Source: Sulfuritalea sp.
Lineage (GTDB): Bacteria > Pseudomonadota > Gammaproteobacteria > Burkholderiales > Burkholderiaceae_C
Assembly: GCA_021737875.1 (NCBI GenBank)
Contig: JAIPDD010000001.1
Coordinates: forward strand, 999-64,998
Length of the DNA: 64,000 nt
Direction of reading: 5' to 3'
Positions 48,984 through 64,000 of this stretch are shown here, in pieces. Below the pieces are notes generated by a model. It was given only the letters and a program-made list of their open reading frames with translations, did not search any database and was not told the DNA's origin. Position 1 is the stretch's first letter; every line of letters starts with the position of its first letter. The position numbers and the translations under genes were made by a program.

Positions 48984-49514
48984 GTGATTTCTCTTGTCGG
49001 TCTACCCGGGTCTGGAAAGTCCACCATTGGTCGGCAACTGGCGCGGCGTTTACAACTCAATTTTTTTGATTCGGACCACGCGATCGAAGTCCGTTTGGGT
49101 TGTCCGATTCGGGAATTTTTCGAGCGGGAAGGCGAGGAGCGGTTTCGCGACATCGAGTCGGAGGTGATCGATCACCTGTCGCAACAAGGCGCAGGCGTAT
49201 TGGCGACCGGAGGCGGCGCCGTGATACGCACTGAAAATCGGGAGCGCTTGCACTCCAGGGGGCAGGTGATTTACCTCAAGTCCAATCCCGAAGAATTGAT
49301 TCGGCGCTTGCGCCACGACACCAACCGCCCTTTGTTGCAAGTGGCTGACCCCATGGCTAAACTAAGGGAGTTTTTTGCAGCCCGAGACCCGCTGTACCGC
49401 CAAACTGCGCATTTTGTTGTTGAAACCGGACGCCCTTCCGTCGCCACCTTGGTCAACATGATTGTGATGCAGCTGGAGTTGGCTCCCCCCTTTATTTCAC
49501 CACCCACCTTATGA
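48984..49514 (+). CDS. aroK: Shikimate kinase
   Basis: [24 protein letters not shown] start assumed. Confidence 0.93.
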   Translation: MISLVGLPGSGKSTIGRQLARRLQLNFFDSDHAIEVRLGCPIREFFEREGEERFRDIESEVIDHLSQQGAGVLATGGGAVIRTENRERLHSRGQVIYLKSNPEELIRRLRHDTNRPLLQVADPMAKLREFFAARDPLYRQTAHFVVETGRPSVATLVNMIVMQLELAPPFISPPTL

Positions 49515-50620
49515 GTGCTCCTATGCGACACACCGTTTCTATTGCCTTAGACGATCGGAGTTACTCCATCGAGATCGGTGCGGGGTTGATGTCAGATCCT
49601 GCTACGTTTGCCGGCCTGCCCCAGGCCTCTGTTGCGGTGGTGGTCTCTAACGCAACCGTGGCTCCTTTGTACGCACAGCGCTTGCAACACACTTTGGCGG
49701 CACGTTTTAAGACGGTACACCTTGTCACCCTGCCCGATGGTGAGCAATTCAAAACATGGGAAACCTTGAATACGATTTTTGATGCCCTGTTGCAAAACAA
49801 CTGTGACCGAAAGACCGTGCTGTTTGCGCTCGGGGGCGGTGTGGTCGGTGATATGACCGGTTTTGCGGCTGCCAGTTATATGCGCGGCGTGCCCTTTGTT
49901 CAGGTTCCTACGACCTTGCTCGCGCAGGTTGATTCTTCGGTCGGCGGCAAAACTGGCATCAACCACCCGCTGGGAAAAAACATGGTGGGCGCGTTTTACC
50001 AACCGCAATTGGTGGTGTGTGATTTAGACACCCTCCAAACGCTGCCAGCCCGAGAGATCAGTGCAGGACTGGCAGAAATTATCAAATACGGCCCGATTGC
50101 CGACATGGCATTTTTCGAGTGGCTGGAATCTCACGTTCATGCGCTTCGCAGTGGGGATGCGAAAGCTTTAGCCTACGCGGTTCAACGCAGTTGCGAAATC
50201 AAGGCTTGGGTCGTTGGGCAAGATGAGCGGGAGGCGGGCTTGCGAGCCATCCTCAATTTTGGACACACTTTTGGCCATGCGATCGAGGCGGGGCTGGGCT
50301 ACGGAAAGTGGTTGCATGGCGAAGCGGTGGGCTGCGGCATGGTGATGGCTGCGCATTTATCACACGCCTTGGGACTGGTTGACAGCGCGTTTGTAGAACG
50401 GCTGACCCGTTTAATTTCTGCAGCGGGCTTGCCTATACAGGCACCTGTATTGGATGGGAAAGACAATGCAGGCAAATACTTGGAACTCATGCAAGTGGAT
50501 AAAAAAGCGCACGCAGGTGAGATTCGATTTATCTTGATCGATGGTCCAGGCAAAGCGTGTATTCGTGCGGCCGACGCAAGCGTAGTTCGCCAAGTGATTG
50601 CGCGTTGTTGTTCGGCGTGA
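49511..50620 (+). CDS. aroB: 3-dehydroquinate synthase
   Basis: [37 protein letters not shown]. Confidence 0.96.
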   Translation: MSAPMRHTVSIALDDRSYSIEIGAGLMSDPATFAGLPQASVAVVVSNATVAPLYAQRLQHTLAARFKTVHLVTLPDGEQFKTWETLNTIFDALLQNNCDRKTVLFALGGGVVGDMTGFAAASYMRGVPFVQVPTTLLAQVDSSVGGKTGINHPLGKNMVGAFYQPQLVVCDLDTLQTLPAREISAGLAEIIKYGPIADMAFFEWLESHVHALRSGDAKALAYAVQRSCEIKAWVVGQDEREAGLRAILNFGHTFGHAIEAGLGYGKWLHGEAVGCGMVMAAHLSHALGLVDSAFVERLTRLISAAGLPIQAPVLDGKDNAGKYLELMQVDKKAHAGEIRFILIDGPGKACIRAADASVVRQVIARCCSA

Positions 50621-51732
50621 TGCTGGCCCCATATGCTTGTGATCCAGCCCACTCACGTGGACGCCGGTTTATTCAGAGCCCGGCCCCTACGCGCACCGAA
50701 TTTCAGCGCGACCGTGACCGCATCATTCACTGCACTGCGTTTCGGCGGTTGGTTTACAAAACCCAGGTTTTTTTGAACCATGAAGGCGATTTATTTCGCA
50801 CCCGCATGACGCACTCGCTGGAAGTGGCGCAACTGGGCCGATCCATCGCTCGCTCTTTGGGCCTCAACGAAGACTTGGTGGAAGCGATTGCCTTGGCGCA
50901 TGACCTCGGCCACACGCCGTTTGGCCACGCCGGTCAAGACGCGCTCAACGAATGCATGGCCTCTTACGGCGGATTCGAGCACAACCTGCAAAGTCTGCGT
51001 GTGGTGGATGAACTCGAAGAACGCTACCCCGAGTTCAATGGTCTGAACCTGAGCTTTGAAACCCGCGAAGGCATTTTGAAACACTGCGCTCGCCGCAATG
51101 CAGAGGCGATCAACGCCAAAGAACCCAACGGAGTGGCTGCCCGTTTTTTAAACGGGACGCAACCCAGTTTAGAGGCGCAACTGTGCAATGTGGCTGATGC
51201 GATTGCTTACAACGCGCACGACATTGACGATGGGGTGCGCTCAGGCTTGCTCACATTAGAGCAGCTGCAAGACGTACCCCTGTTTGCCCGCTACCATGCG
51301 CAAACCTTGGCTGAGTATCCGAGTCTGCAGGGCCGCCGCGTGTTGTTTGAGACCATTCGCCGCATGCTCAGCGATCAGGTCTACGACGTCATCACCGCCA
51401 CCCGAGCGGCCCTCGACATCGATGCACCAGCCAGTGCAGACGAAGCTCGCCAGTGCCCGCCGCTGGTGAAGTTCAGCACTGCAATGCACGAGGAATCCAA
51501 AGCGCTCAAGTCATTCTTATTTCGCCATTTGTACCGCCACCCGCAAGTGATGAAAAACACCGATGGCGCGCGCGCCATGGTGCAAGATTTGTTTGTCGTT
51601 TACTTGGATAAGCCCCAAGAAATGCCAGCCGCTTACGCCCAGCGCAACGATGTTCCGCGCGCGGTGGCCGATTACTTGTCGGGCATGACCGACCGCTTTG
51701 CCACGCGAGAGCACGCGCGTTTGATCGCATGA
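50620..51732 (+). CDS. dgt: dGTP triphosphohydrolase (HD domain)
   Basis: RDRDRI, RRL..KTQVF, THSLEV, AHDLGHTPFGHAG, GMTD. Confidence 0.93.
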   Translation: MLAPYACDPAHSRGRRFIQSPAPTRTEFQRDRDRIIHCTAFRRLVYKTQVFLNHEGDLFRTRMTHSLEVAQLGRSIARSLGLNEDLVEAIALAHDLGHTPFGHAGQDALNECMASYGGFEHNLQSLRVVDELEERYPEFNGLNLSFETREGILKHCARRNAEAINAKEPNGVAARFLNGTQPSLEAQLCNVADAIAYNAHDIDDGVRSGLLTLEQLQDVPLFARYHAQTLAEYPSLQGRRVLFETIRRMLSDQVYDVITATRAALDIDAPASADEARQCPPLVKFSTAMHEESKALKSFLFRHLYRHPQVMKNTDGARAMVQDLFVVYLDKPQEMPAAYAQRNDVPRAVADYLSGMTDRFATREHARLIA

Positions 51733-52289
51733 CCGACTTCGAGATAACCGCCATTGAAGATACGAAGAAGTGGCTGCTTGCAGCCGTCGTGGGCTTGAAC
51801 CTGTGCCCCTTTGCCAAGGCGGTTGTTGTCAAAGACATGGTGCGCTACCGGGTGTGCTCCAGCGCTGATTCTGCTGACCTTTTGGTCATGCTGCGCGAAG
51901 AGTTGCTGCACTTGGCCCAGGCCGACCCCAACACACTCGACACCACGCTGCTGATCGCGCCCAAGGCCTTGCCTGACTTTTTGGACTTCAATGATTTTTT
52001 GGCCCAGTGTGATGACGTGCTGATTGGCCTCAAACTCGACGGCGTGCTGCAAGTGGCGGACTTTCATCCGCACTACCAATTTGGCGGAACAGATGTGAAC
52101 GATATCGAAAACTTCACCAACCGCACCCCATACCCCACGCTGCACTTGTTGCGTGAAGACAGCATCGACAAAGCCGTGCAAGCCTATCCCGATGCGTCGC
52201 TTATTTTTGAGCGCAATATCGAAGTGTTAAATACTTTGGGGCACCAAGCTTGGGCTCAATTGGGCATTGCTTCCAGACTGCACCATTAA
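51729..52289 (+). CDS. DUF1415 family protein
   Basis: VVGLNLCPFA, QVADFHP, NRTPYPTLHLLRE. Confidence 0.85.
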   Translation: MTDFEITAIEDTKKWLLAAVVGLNLCPFAKAVVVKDMVRYRVCSSADSADLLVMLREELLHLAQADPNTLDTTLLIAPKALPDFLDFNDFLAQCDDVLIGLKLDGVLQVADFHPHYQFGGTDVNDIENFTNRTPYPTLHLLREDSIDKAVQAYPDASLIFERNIEVLNTLGHQAWAQLGIASRLHH

Positions 52290-52292
52290 GCT

Positions 52293-53195
52293 ATGGCCAA
52301 ACATCAACCATCTGCCGCGCCCCATCTTCAAGACGCCAGTTCTCAACTCGACCTGCGCCCTGGCCAGTCGATTGAGCTGCTCAAAGCGTTGCACATCCTG
52401 ACCCGCGACGGCAAGATCAACCAAGATTCACGCCGCAAGCTTAAGCAGGTGTACCACCTGTTTCAGTTCATCGAAAAGCTACTGAAAGAACTGCCCGCCA
52501 GCGAGCAAGGTCCCACCTTGGCTGACCACGGCGCGGGCAAGTCGTATTTGGGTTTCATCATTTACGACCTGTTTTTTAAGGGCCTGGACAAAGGCAGTAT
52601 TTACGGCATAGAGACGCGCAGCGAGTTGGTGGCGTCGTCCCAAGTACTGGCGCAGCGCTTGGGCTTTGATCGCATGACGTTTCTTAACCTCAGTGTGGCC
52701 GAGTCCGCGCACAGCGATGCATTGCCCGACCAGATCGATGTGGTTACCGCGCTACACGCCTGCGACACCGCCACCGACGACGCAATTGCGTTTGGCTTGC
52801 AAAAGAAAGCCAAATACATGGTGCTTGTGCCCTGTTGCCAAGCCGAGCTCGCGCGCGCGCTCAATCAAAACAAAGCGCTCAACTTGCAGCGCACGCCCCT
52901 GGCTGAGCTGTGGCGCCACCCGCTGCACACCCGCGAGATGGGCAGCCAACTTACCAATGTGCTGCGCTGTTTGTATTTGGAAGCGATGGGCTACCACGTG
53001 ACGGTGACCGAGCTGGTGGGTTGGGAGCACAGCATGAAAAACGAACTTATTTTGGCCAAGTACACAGGGCAGAAAAAGCGCAATTCGGCGGAGCGTTTAC
53101 AGGCATTGCTGCACGAATTCGGTTTGGAGACGTTGCTTGACACGCGGTTTACATTGTCAGTAGACAATAGCCTTGACAACCAAAAGACGCCTTAG
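52293..53195 (+). CDS. Class I SAM-dependent methyltransferase (Methyltransf_32-like)
   Basis: DHGAGKSYLGF, ALHACDTATD, VPCC. Confidence 0.85.
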   Translation: MAKHQPSAAPHLQDASSQLDLRPGQSIELLKALHILTRDGKINQDSRRKLKQVYHLFQFIEKLLKELPASEQGPTLADHGAGKSYLGFIIYDLFFKGLDKGSIYGIETRSELVASSQVLAQRLGFDRMTFLNLSVAESAHSDALPDQIDVVTALHACDTATDDAIAFGLQKKAKYMVLVPCCQAELARALNQNKALNLQRTPLAELWRHPLHTREMGSQLTNVLRCLYLEAMGYHVTVTELVGWEHSMKNELILAKYTGQKKRNSAERLQALLHEFGLETLLDTRFTLSVDNSLDNQKTP

Positions 53196-53267
53196 CGCGT
53201 TCTTTGTTTTTAGCGCTGCAATTTTTCGATTGAATTGCCTCTCTTTTTTATTTTAGGAAAATGAAGT

Positions 53268-53732
53268 ATGAAAAAAATGATGTCTTTTGGCCTTGCTGTA
53301 TGTGCTGTTGCTGGTTTGACAGCATGTGCTAGCAGCAGCCCTGATGTGATTCGCCGTGAAGATGCGCAAATCATGTCTTTCATTCAAGAGGGCGTGGTCA
53401 TCTCTATTCGCCCTGTCACCGTTGACGGAAGCCAAAGTGGTATCGGTGCCGCTGCGGGTGGCGTTATCGGAGCCATTGGTGGCAGCGGCGCAAGCGGCGT
53501 TCAAAGGGAGCAGCAGGCCCTGGGAGTTTTGGGGGCTGTTGCAGGCGCCGTCGTTGGCAATGCCATTGAACGCATGACGACCCGGGAAGAGGCTGTTGAA
53601 ATCCTGGTGCAACTAAAAAGTGGGGATCGCCGCGCGATTGTTCAAGCCAAGGCCAGCGAAATTCTTGTGGCGGGTGATGCTGTGACCATTGTCACAAGCG
53701 GAAGCAAAGTGCGTGTTACCAAAAGCAAGTAG
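53268..53732 (+). CDS. Glycine-zipper 2TM outer membrane lipoprotein (SlyB-like)
   Basis: Lipobox LTAC; GAAAGGVIG / GAVAGAVVG zippers. Confidence 0.88.
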   Translation: MKKMMSFGLAVCAVAGLTACASSSPDVIRREDAQIMSFIQEGVVISIRPVTVDGSQSGIGAAAGGVIGAIGGSGASGVQREQQALGVLGAVAGAVVGNAIERMTTREEAVEILVQLKSGDRRAIVQAKASEILVAGDAVTIVTSGSKVRVTKSK

Positions 53733-53792
53733 CCCTCGCGTACCCCGGGCGCAAGCCCACTGGGTATTGCATCTGATTTTGTAAACATTGCC

Positions 53793-54488
53793 ATGGCGCG
53801 TCTACCCCGTTTAACCTTGCCGGGCTTTGCACACCACATCATTCAGCGTGGTAACAACCGACAGCCGATATTTGTCGCCACTGCGGACTACCAGATGATG
53901 TTGGATTTGTTGGAAGAAAATTCCAATAAATTCGAAGTAGCTATCCATGCCTATGTGTTGATGGGCAACCATTTCCATCTGCTTGCTACGCCTCAAACAG
54001 CCCAAGGATTGGCCCAGATGATGCAAGCGGTGGGCAGGCGTTATGTACGCTATTTCAATGACCGCCAAAGCCGAACGGGGACCTTATGGGAGGGGCGTTT
54101 TAAATCTACTCTGATTCAGACAGAGCGCTATTTACTCACTTGCATGGCCTATATCGATCTGAATCCGTTGCGCGCAGGTATGGTCGCGAACGCTGCAGAC
54201 TACCCTTGGTCCTCGTGCGCCCATTTTCTTGGGCGCAGAACCGATCGGCTCATCACCCCGCACCCTTTGTTTTGGGAGTTGGGCAACACGCCATTTGCCC
54301 GCGAGGCGGCGTATGCGCAATTAGTGCAAGAGGGTGTTAACGCGGTCGCGCAGGCGGCCTTGACAGACGCCACCCTGCGGGGTTGGGCCTTGGGAGAACC
54401 GGATTTTCTGGTCGATGTTCAAAAAAGGACGCCCAGACGCGCCAGCAAAGCCTTGGCAGGCAGACCGACGAAAGTTGCGAAGCCGTAG
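53793..54488 (+). mobile_element. REP-associated tyrosine transposase-like HUH (Y1) protein
   Basis: MARLPR, HIIQRGNNRQPIF, YVLMGNHFHLL (HUH), LWEGRF, YIDLNP (catalytic Tyr), YPWSS. Confidence 0.88.
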
Positions 54489-54570
54489 CTGCGTGTGCGG
54501 ACCATCGAAAACAGGAATTCACAGTTTTGATGTGTCCCTAAATAAACATTGGTGAAATTTTTTCGATTTA

Positions 54571-54591
54571 AATTGGAATCTGACCCCAATT
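54571..54591. repeat. Small palindrome with TCTGACCCC core downstream of the RAYT-like gene
   Basis: AATTGG-AATCTGACC-CCAATT. A related motif TGTGTCCCTAAAT lies at 54531-54543. Confidence 0.5.
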
Positions 54592-54659
54592 AAAATGCTT
54601 GGTGTTTTTGCTGCACTGCGGTAGGCTCTATCTCTATTCTCATTTTTCAGGAGTGCGCC

Positions 54660-59411
<4,752 letters not shown>

Positions 59412-59446
59412 GCCCTGCATACCAACACGATAAGGACGACGCCATC

Positions 59447-60940
59447 ATGGGAAAAATTACTGGTTTTATGGAATTGGAGCGTATCGAGGAGGGCTACAAA
59501 GGCGTCCCAGAGCGTTTGAAAAATTACAAAGAGTTTGTGATTGGCCTGGATGCAAATCAGGCCAAAGACCAAAGTGCCCGCTGCATGGACTGCGGCACCC
59601 CGTTTTGCAATAACGGTTGCCCAGTCAACAACATCATTCCAGACTTCAATGAATTGGTGTACCAAGGCGATTGGAAGAATGCGATTGACGTGCTGCACAG
59701 CACCAATAATTTCCCTGAATTCACGGGCCGCATTTGTCCTGCGCCATGTGAAGCGGCGTGTACTTTGAACGTCAATGGTGACGCTGTCGGGATCAAGTCC
59801 ATTGAACACGCCATCATTGACCGTGCCTGGGCCGAAGGCTGGGTTACGGCCCAGCCGCCAAAAACCAAGACTGGAAAAAAAGTGGCTGTGGTGGGCTCGG
59901 GCCCTGCGGGAATGGCTGCAGCCCAACAGCTTGCCCGCGTTGGCCACAACGTCACCCTGTTTGAAAAGAATGACCGCATTGGCGGCTTGCTGCGCTACGG
60001 AATTCCTGACTTCAAGATGGAAAAGTCCCACATTGACCGTCGGGCCCAACAGCTTGAAGCCGAAGGTGTCACTATCCGTACCAGTGTGATGGTGGGTGAG
60101 CTGCCGCAAGGCTCCAAGGTCACCAACTGGGCTGTCAAGACCGTTACCCCCGCACAGCTGCAAAAAGATTTTGATGCCGTGTTGCTGACGGGTGGGTCGG
60201 AGCAGTCGCGAGATTTACCTGCGCCTGGACGCGACTTGGCGGGCATTCACTTCGCGATGGAATTCTTGCCGCAACAAAACAAGCTCAACGCGGGGGACAA
60301 GCTCAAAGACCAAAAAATTGAACAAATCCGCGCGGATGGCAAGCACGTTGTCGTCATAGGCGGAGGAGATACGGGCTCAGACTGCGTGGGCACCAGCACA
60401 CGCCATGGCGCTTTGGGCGTGGTGCAGTTCGAAGTGATGCCTTTGCCGCCTGAGCAAGAAGATAAGCCTTTGGTTTGGCCCTATTGGCCGCTGAAATTGC
60501 GAACCAGCTCAAGCCACGACGAAAGCACTGAAAAAGGAATTCTCAAGCGGGAATTTGCCATCTCCACCAAAGAATTCGTGGGAGAAAAAGGCCAGGTCAC
60601 TGGCGTTAAAACCGTGCGTGTGGAGTGGAAAGGCGGCAAGATGGTTGAAGTTGCCGGGTCCGAAGAAATTATCAAAGCCGACCTGGTGTTGCTGGCGATG
60701 GGTTTTGTGAACCCAGTGGCAACGGTTTTGGACGGGTTTGGCGTCGAGAAAGATGCCCGTGGTAATGCCAAAGCCAGCACGGAAGCCGTGGGTGGTTACC
60801 TCACCAACACCCCCAAAGTGTTTGCTGCAGGCGACATTCGCCGTGGCCAATCCTTGGTGGTTTGGGCCATTCGGGAAGGGCGCCAAGCCGCACGGGCCGT
60901 TGATGCGTTCTTGATGGGGGTCAGTGATTTGCCTCGCTAA
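59447..60940 (+). CDS. gltD: Glutamate synthase small subunit
   Basis: [44 protein letters not shown]. Confidence 0.97.
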   Translation: MGKITGFMELERIEEGYKGVPERLKNYKEFVIGLDANQAKDQSARCMDCGTPFCNNGCPVNNIIPDFNELVYQGDWKNAIDVLHSTNNFPEFTGRICPAPCEAACTLNVNGDAVGIKSIEHAIIDRAWAEGWVTAQPPKTKTGKKVAVVGSGPAGMAAAQQLARVGHNVTLFEKNDRIGGLLRYGIPDFKMEKSHIDRRAQQLEAEGVTIRTSVMVGELPQGSKVTNWAVKTVTPAQLQKDFDAVLLTGGSEQSRDLPAPGRDLAGIHFAMEFLPQQNKLNAGDKLKDQKIEQIRADGKHVVVIGGGDTGSDCVGTSTRHGALGVVQFEVMPLPPEQEDKPLVWPYWPLKLRTSSSHDESTEKGILKREFAISTKEFVGEKGQVTGVKTVRVEWKGGKMVEVAGSEEIIKADLVLLAMGFVNPVATVLDGFGVEKDARGNAKASTEAVGGYLTNTPKVFAAGDIRRGQSLVVWAIREGRQAARAVDAFLMGVSDLPR

Positions 60941-60975
60941 TGTCATTTAAGAGAGGCTAAAATTTCGTATGATCC

Positions 60976-61009
60976 AAAGGCTGGGTAATTCACCCGGCCT
61001 TTTCCTTTT
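60976..61009 (+). terminator. Hairpin with T-rich tail between gltD and mlaF
   Basis: AAAGGCTGGGT-AATTC-ACCCGGCCTTT then TCCTTTT, directly before the mlaF ATG. Confidence 0.5.
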
Positions 61010-61828
61010 ATGGCCTCAAACACCGACTCCCCACTTGTTGAATTGAAAAACCTGCGCTTCGGTTACGGAGATCGGGTGATTTTGGATGGAATTTCGTTGA
61101 CCGTTCCGCGCGGGAAAGTCACTGCCCTCATGGGTGCGTCGGGTGGGGGAAAAACCACGATATTGCGCTTGATTGGCGGACAAAATACCGCGCAGTCGGG
61201 CGAGCTCTTGTTTGACGGCGACGATGTGACACGCATGAACCATGCGCAGTTGTACGCAGCAAGACGCCGTATGGGCATGCTTTTCCAGTTCGGCGCCTTG
61301 TTTGCCGACCTGTCTGTGTTTGACAATGTGGCATTCCCACTGCGAGAGCACACGCCTTTGCCCGAGAACCTGATTCGCGATATTGTTTTGATGAAGCTCA
61401 ATGCCGTTGGTTTGCGCGGCGCGCGTGATTTGATGCCCAGTGAGGTGTCTGGCGGAATGGCACGGCGCATTGCTTTGGCACGGGCCATCGCCTTGGATCC
61501 CGAGTTGGTCATGTATGACGAACCTTTTTCCGGTTTGGATCCGATTTCTTTGGGTACCGCGGCACGACTTATTCGCCAGCTCAATGACTCGATGGGCCTG
61601 ACCAGTATTTTTGTCTCACACGAATTAGAGCAAACCTTTGCCATTGCCGACCATGTCATTATTTTGGCGAACGGCAAAATTGCCACCCAAGGAACGCCTG
61701 ACGAAGTTCGTCAGAGCCAAGACCCTTTGGTCTACCAGTATGTGAATGCTTTGCCTGACGGCCCGGTGCGGTTTCATTACCCCGGCGTCAGCGTAGAAGA
61801 AGATTTTGGTGTGGGAGTGGCGCTATGA
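61010..61828 (+). CDS. mlaF: Mla phospholipid ABC ATPase
   Basis: [35 protein letters not shown]. Confidence 0.94.
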   Translation: MASNTDSPLVELKNLRFGYGDRVILDGISLTVPRGKVTALMGASGGGKTTILRLIGGQNTAQSGELLFDGDDVTRMNHAQLYAARRRMGMLFQFGALFADLSVFDNVAFPLREHTPLPENLIRDIVLMKLNAVGLRGARDLMPSEVSGGMARRIALARAIALDPELVMYDEPFSGLDPISLGTAARLIRQLNDSMGLTSIFVSHELEQTFAIADHVIILANGKIATQGTPDEVRQSQDPLVYQYVNALPDGPVRFHYPGVSVEEDFGVGVAL

Positions 61829-62607
61829 AGGGGGAGAAAGTAGCAGCCCTTGGCTATGCCCTGCGCCGCCAGATGGCGGATTTGGGCTACGGTGCGCGGC
61901 TTTTTGTTCGCTTGTTGCGAACCTTTTCTATGAGTTTGCAGCGTTTTGGTTTGATTCGCGATCAAATCCATTTCTTAGGCAATTATTCGCTCGCCATCAT
62001 TGCCGTCTCGGGCCTTTTTGTGGGTTTTGTTTTTGGGCTGCAGGGGTATTACACCCTGCAGCGCTATGGTTCCTCCGAGGCTTTGGGCTTGTTGGTGACT
62101 TTGAGTTTGGTGCGCGAACTCGGCCCCGTGGTCACCGCCTTGTTATTTGCGGGGCGTGCTGGAACGTCTCTCACGGCTGAAATTGGTTTGATGAAGGCGG
62201 GTGAGCAACTCAGCGTGATGGAAATGATGGCGGTTGATCCCATTGAGCGCGTTTTGGCTCCACGATTTTGGGCGGGGGTGATTTCGATGCCCTTGCTCGC
62301 TGCTGTCTTTAGCGCCATGGGAATTATTGGGGGCTGGGTCGTCGGGGTTTTGATGATTGGGGTCGATTCGGGTTCTTTTTGGAGCCAGATCCAAGGGGGC
62401 GTGGATGTCTGGAAAGACGTGGGTAACGGGATCATCAAAAGTATTGTGTTTGGTTTTACTGTCACCTTCGTCGCTTTGCTTCAAGGTTTTGAAGCGCAAC
62501 CCACGCCCGAGGGCGTGGCCAGTGCAACGACGCGAACCGTCGTTGTTGCTTCTTTGGCGGTGCTTGGTCTGGACTTTATTCTGACGGCCATGATGTTTAC
62601 GATTTAA
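61825..62607 (+). CDS. mlaE: Mla permease
   Basis: [31 protein letters not shown]. Confidence 0.95.
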   Translation: MKGEKVAALGYALRRQMADLGYGARLFVRLLRTFSMSLQRFGLIRDQIHFLGNYSLAIIAVSGLFVGFVFGLQGYYTLQRYGSSEALGLLVTLSLVRELGPVVTALLFAGRAGTSLTAEIGLMKAGEQLSVMEMMAVDPIERVLAPRFWAGVISMPLLAAVFSAMGIIGGWVVGVLMIGVDSGSFWSQIQGGVDVWKDVGNGIIKSIVFGFTVTFVALLQGFEAQPTPEGVASATTRTVVVASLAVLGLDFILTAMMFTI

Positions 62608-62620
62608 TGAAAGGTGTTGC

Positions 62621-63097
62621 ATGCAACGCTCGAAAAATGATGTGTGGGTTGGATTGTTTGTACTGATTGGTGCAGCATCCATTTTGTTTTTGGCTCTACA
62701 GTCGGCCAACTTGCTCAGCCTGAACTTTCAGGCCACCTATGCGGTGACGGCCACGTTTGACAATGTTGGTGGGCTCAAACCCAAAGCAGCGGTACGCAGC
62801 GCAGGCGTGGTGGTGGGGCGGGTGGAGAAAATTATTTTTGACGACAAAACCTTTCAAGCCCGTGTGACCTTGGCGATGCAAAAACAGTACGCATTCCCCA
62901 AAGACAGCTCTTTAAAGATTTTGACCAGCGGCTTGCTCGGTGAACAGTACCTTGGTATGGAAGCCGGTGCAGACGAAAAAATACTGGCTGCGGGGGACTC
63001 CCTGACCAATACCCAGTCTGCTGTCGTGCTTGAGAACCTGATCAGTCAATTCCTTTACAGCAAAGCCGCCGACAGCACTGGCAAAGCCCAAGAATAA
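62621..63097 (+). CDS. mlaD: MCE-domain protein MlaD
   Basis: FDNVGGLK..A.V..AGVVVGRV, TSGLLGEQYL. Confidence 0.95.
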   Translation: MQRSKNDVWVGLFVLIGAASILFLALQSANLLSLNFQATYAVTATFDNVGGLKPKAAVRSAGVVVGRVEKIIFDDKTFQARVTLAMQKQYAFPKDSSLKILTSGLLGEQYLGMEAGADEKILAAGDSLTNTQSAVVLENLISQFLYSKAADSTGKAQE

Positions 63098-63099
63098 GT

Positions 63100-63795
63100 A
63101 TGCGTTTTTTAGTTCTCGTCGTGCTGCTTGTATTGCAAGGGTGCGCCAGTGTTCCCAATCCAGACCCGCGCGATCCTTGGGAGTCTTTGAACCGCAATGT
63201 GTATGGGGTCAACGATGCCCTCGACCGCAGCGTGCTCAGGCCTGTGGCCATCGCCTACCGAGATGGTTTGCCCTATTGGATGCGCAAAGGCGTTTCCAAC
63301 TTCTTTGGTAATTTGTCCGATGTCTGGTCGGGTTTTAACCATGCCATCACGCTAGAAGGCCGTGCGGCCAAGGACAGTTTTGGTCGAGTCCTTGTCAATA
63401 GCACGGCGGGGGTCTTGGGCGTCATCGATGTGGCGACCGATTTGAATTTGGAAAAACACCCCGCAGATTTCGGCGTCACTTTGGGGCGTTGGGGCGTGGG
63501 TCCAGGTCCCTACGTTGTGTTGCCACTTCTGGGGCCCTACACGCTGCGCGAAGTCGTGGTCTTGCCTTTGGATCGAAAAGCCAATCTGGTGAATCAAATC
63601 GGCAACGAAAATTTGCGCACAGGTTTGACGGTCCTCAACTACGTGGATGACCGTGCCATCTACTTGAAAGTGACCGATGTGATGGAGGGGGCAGCGCTCG
63701 ATGCCTACTCGTTTACCCGGGACGCTTATTTGCAGCGCCAGCGTTATCGGCACTTCAATGGCAGTCCGCCTGAAGAGATTGTCGTAAAACCCTAG
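63100..63795 (+). CDS. mlaA: VacJ/MlaA lipoprotein
   Basis: Lipobox LQGC, DPWESLNR, DFGVTLGRWGVGPGPYVVLPLLGP. Confidence 0.94.
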   Translation: MRFLVLVVLLVLQGCASVPNPDPRDPWESLNRNVYGVNDALDRSVLRPVAIAYRDGLPYWMRKGVSNFFGNLSDVWSGFNHAITLEGRAAKDSFGRVLVNSTAGVLGVIDVATDLNLEKHPADFGVTLGRWGVGPGPYVVLPLLGPYTLREVVVLPLDRKANLVNQIGNENLRTGLTVLNYVDDRAIYLKVTDVMEGAALDAYSFTRDAYLQRQRYRHFNGSPPEEIVVKP

Positions 63796-63825
63796 AATAC
63801 CCAAGAAGGTAACAAAGGGATAAAA

Positions 63826-64000
63826 ATGGTCTTAAAAAATAGCAGCTGGATTCGGGTGTGGTCTGTGGTGAGCGCATTGGTGGCAATCTTGGCTTTCCCA
63901 AACTTTGCGCATGCCGAAGATGAAACTGCGGACGCATTTGTCAAGCGTTTGTCTGTCGATGTGCTCGACACCATCAAAAAAGACAAAGGCATGCGCTCTG
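63826..64000 (+). CDS. mlaC: MlaC periplasmic phospholipid-binding protein, 3'-truncated
   Basis: MVLKNSSW...FAHA-EDETADAFVKRLSVDVLDTIKKDK; signal peptide; operon position. Confidence 0.8.
   Translation, partial: MVLKNSSWIRVWSVVSALVAILAFPNFAHAEDETADAFVKRLSVDVLDTIKKDKGMRS

Overview
Gene-dense chromosomal window from a betaproteobacterium; protein sequences and synteny look Comamonadaceae-like (inference). In order: (1) an RND efflux operon with embedded DUF2892 and thioredoxin genes; (2) a DksA/TraR-like gene and a small aeRF1-like gene behind an FNR-type promoter; (3) a ~15 kb reductive pyrimidine catabolism cluster (preT-preA-hydA-pydC, cytosine deaminase, two ABC importers, divergent RutR/PydR regulator and its palindromic operator); (4) yqjD/E/K-like genes behind a perfect FNR box; (5) pirin; (6) an envelope-glycosylation cluster (BNR/sialidase-like protein and membrane protein converging on ArnT-GtrA-GT9, which follow metK and its long-loop SAM-II riboswitch); (7) two lipid A acyltransferases, engB, cytochrome c4 with system II biogenesis genes, msrPQ, lysA, lptM, cyaY, mrcA; (8) a reduced pilMNOPQ locus (PilO-PilP fusion, shortened PilM and PilQ); (9) aroKB, dgt, a lone RAYT-like HUH transposase, gltBD and mlaFEDAC. 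I saw no rRNA, tRNA, CRISPR array or prophage. The best candidates for undescribed biology are the FNR-linked putative ribosome-dormancy modules, the reduced type IV pilus machine, the metK-coupled glycosylation/BNR cluster, the redox-linked RND operon and the possibly domesticated RAYT. Family assignments come from motif recognition by eye; no database searches were run.
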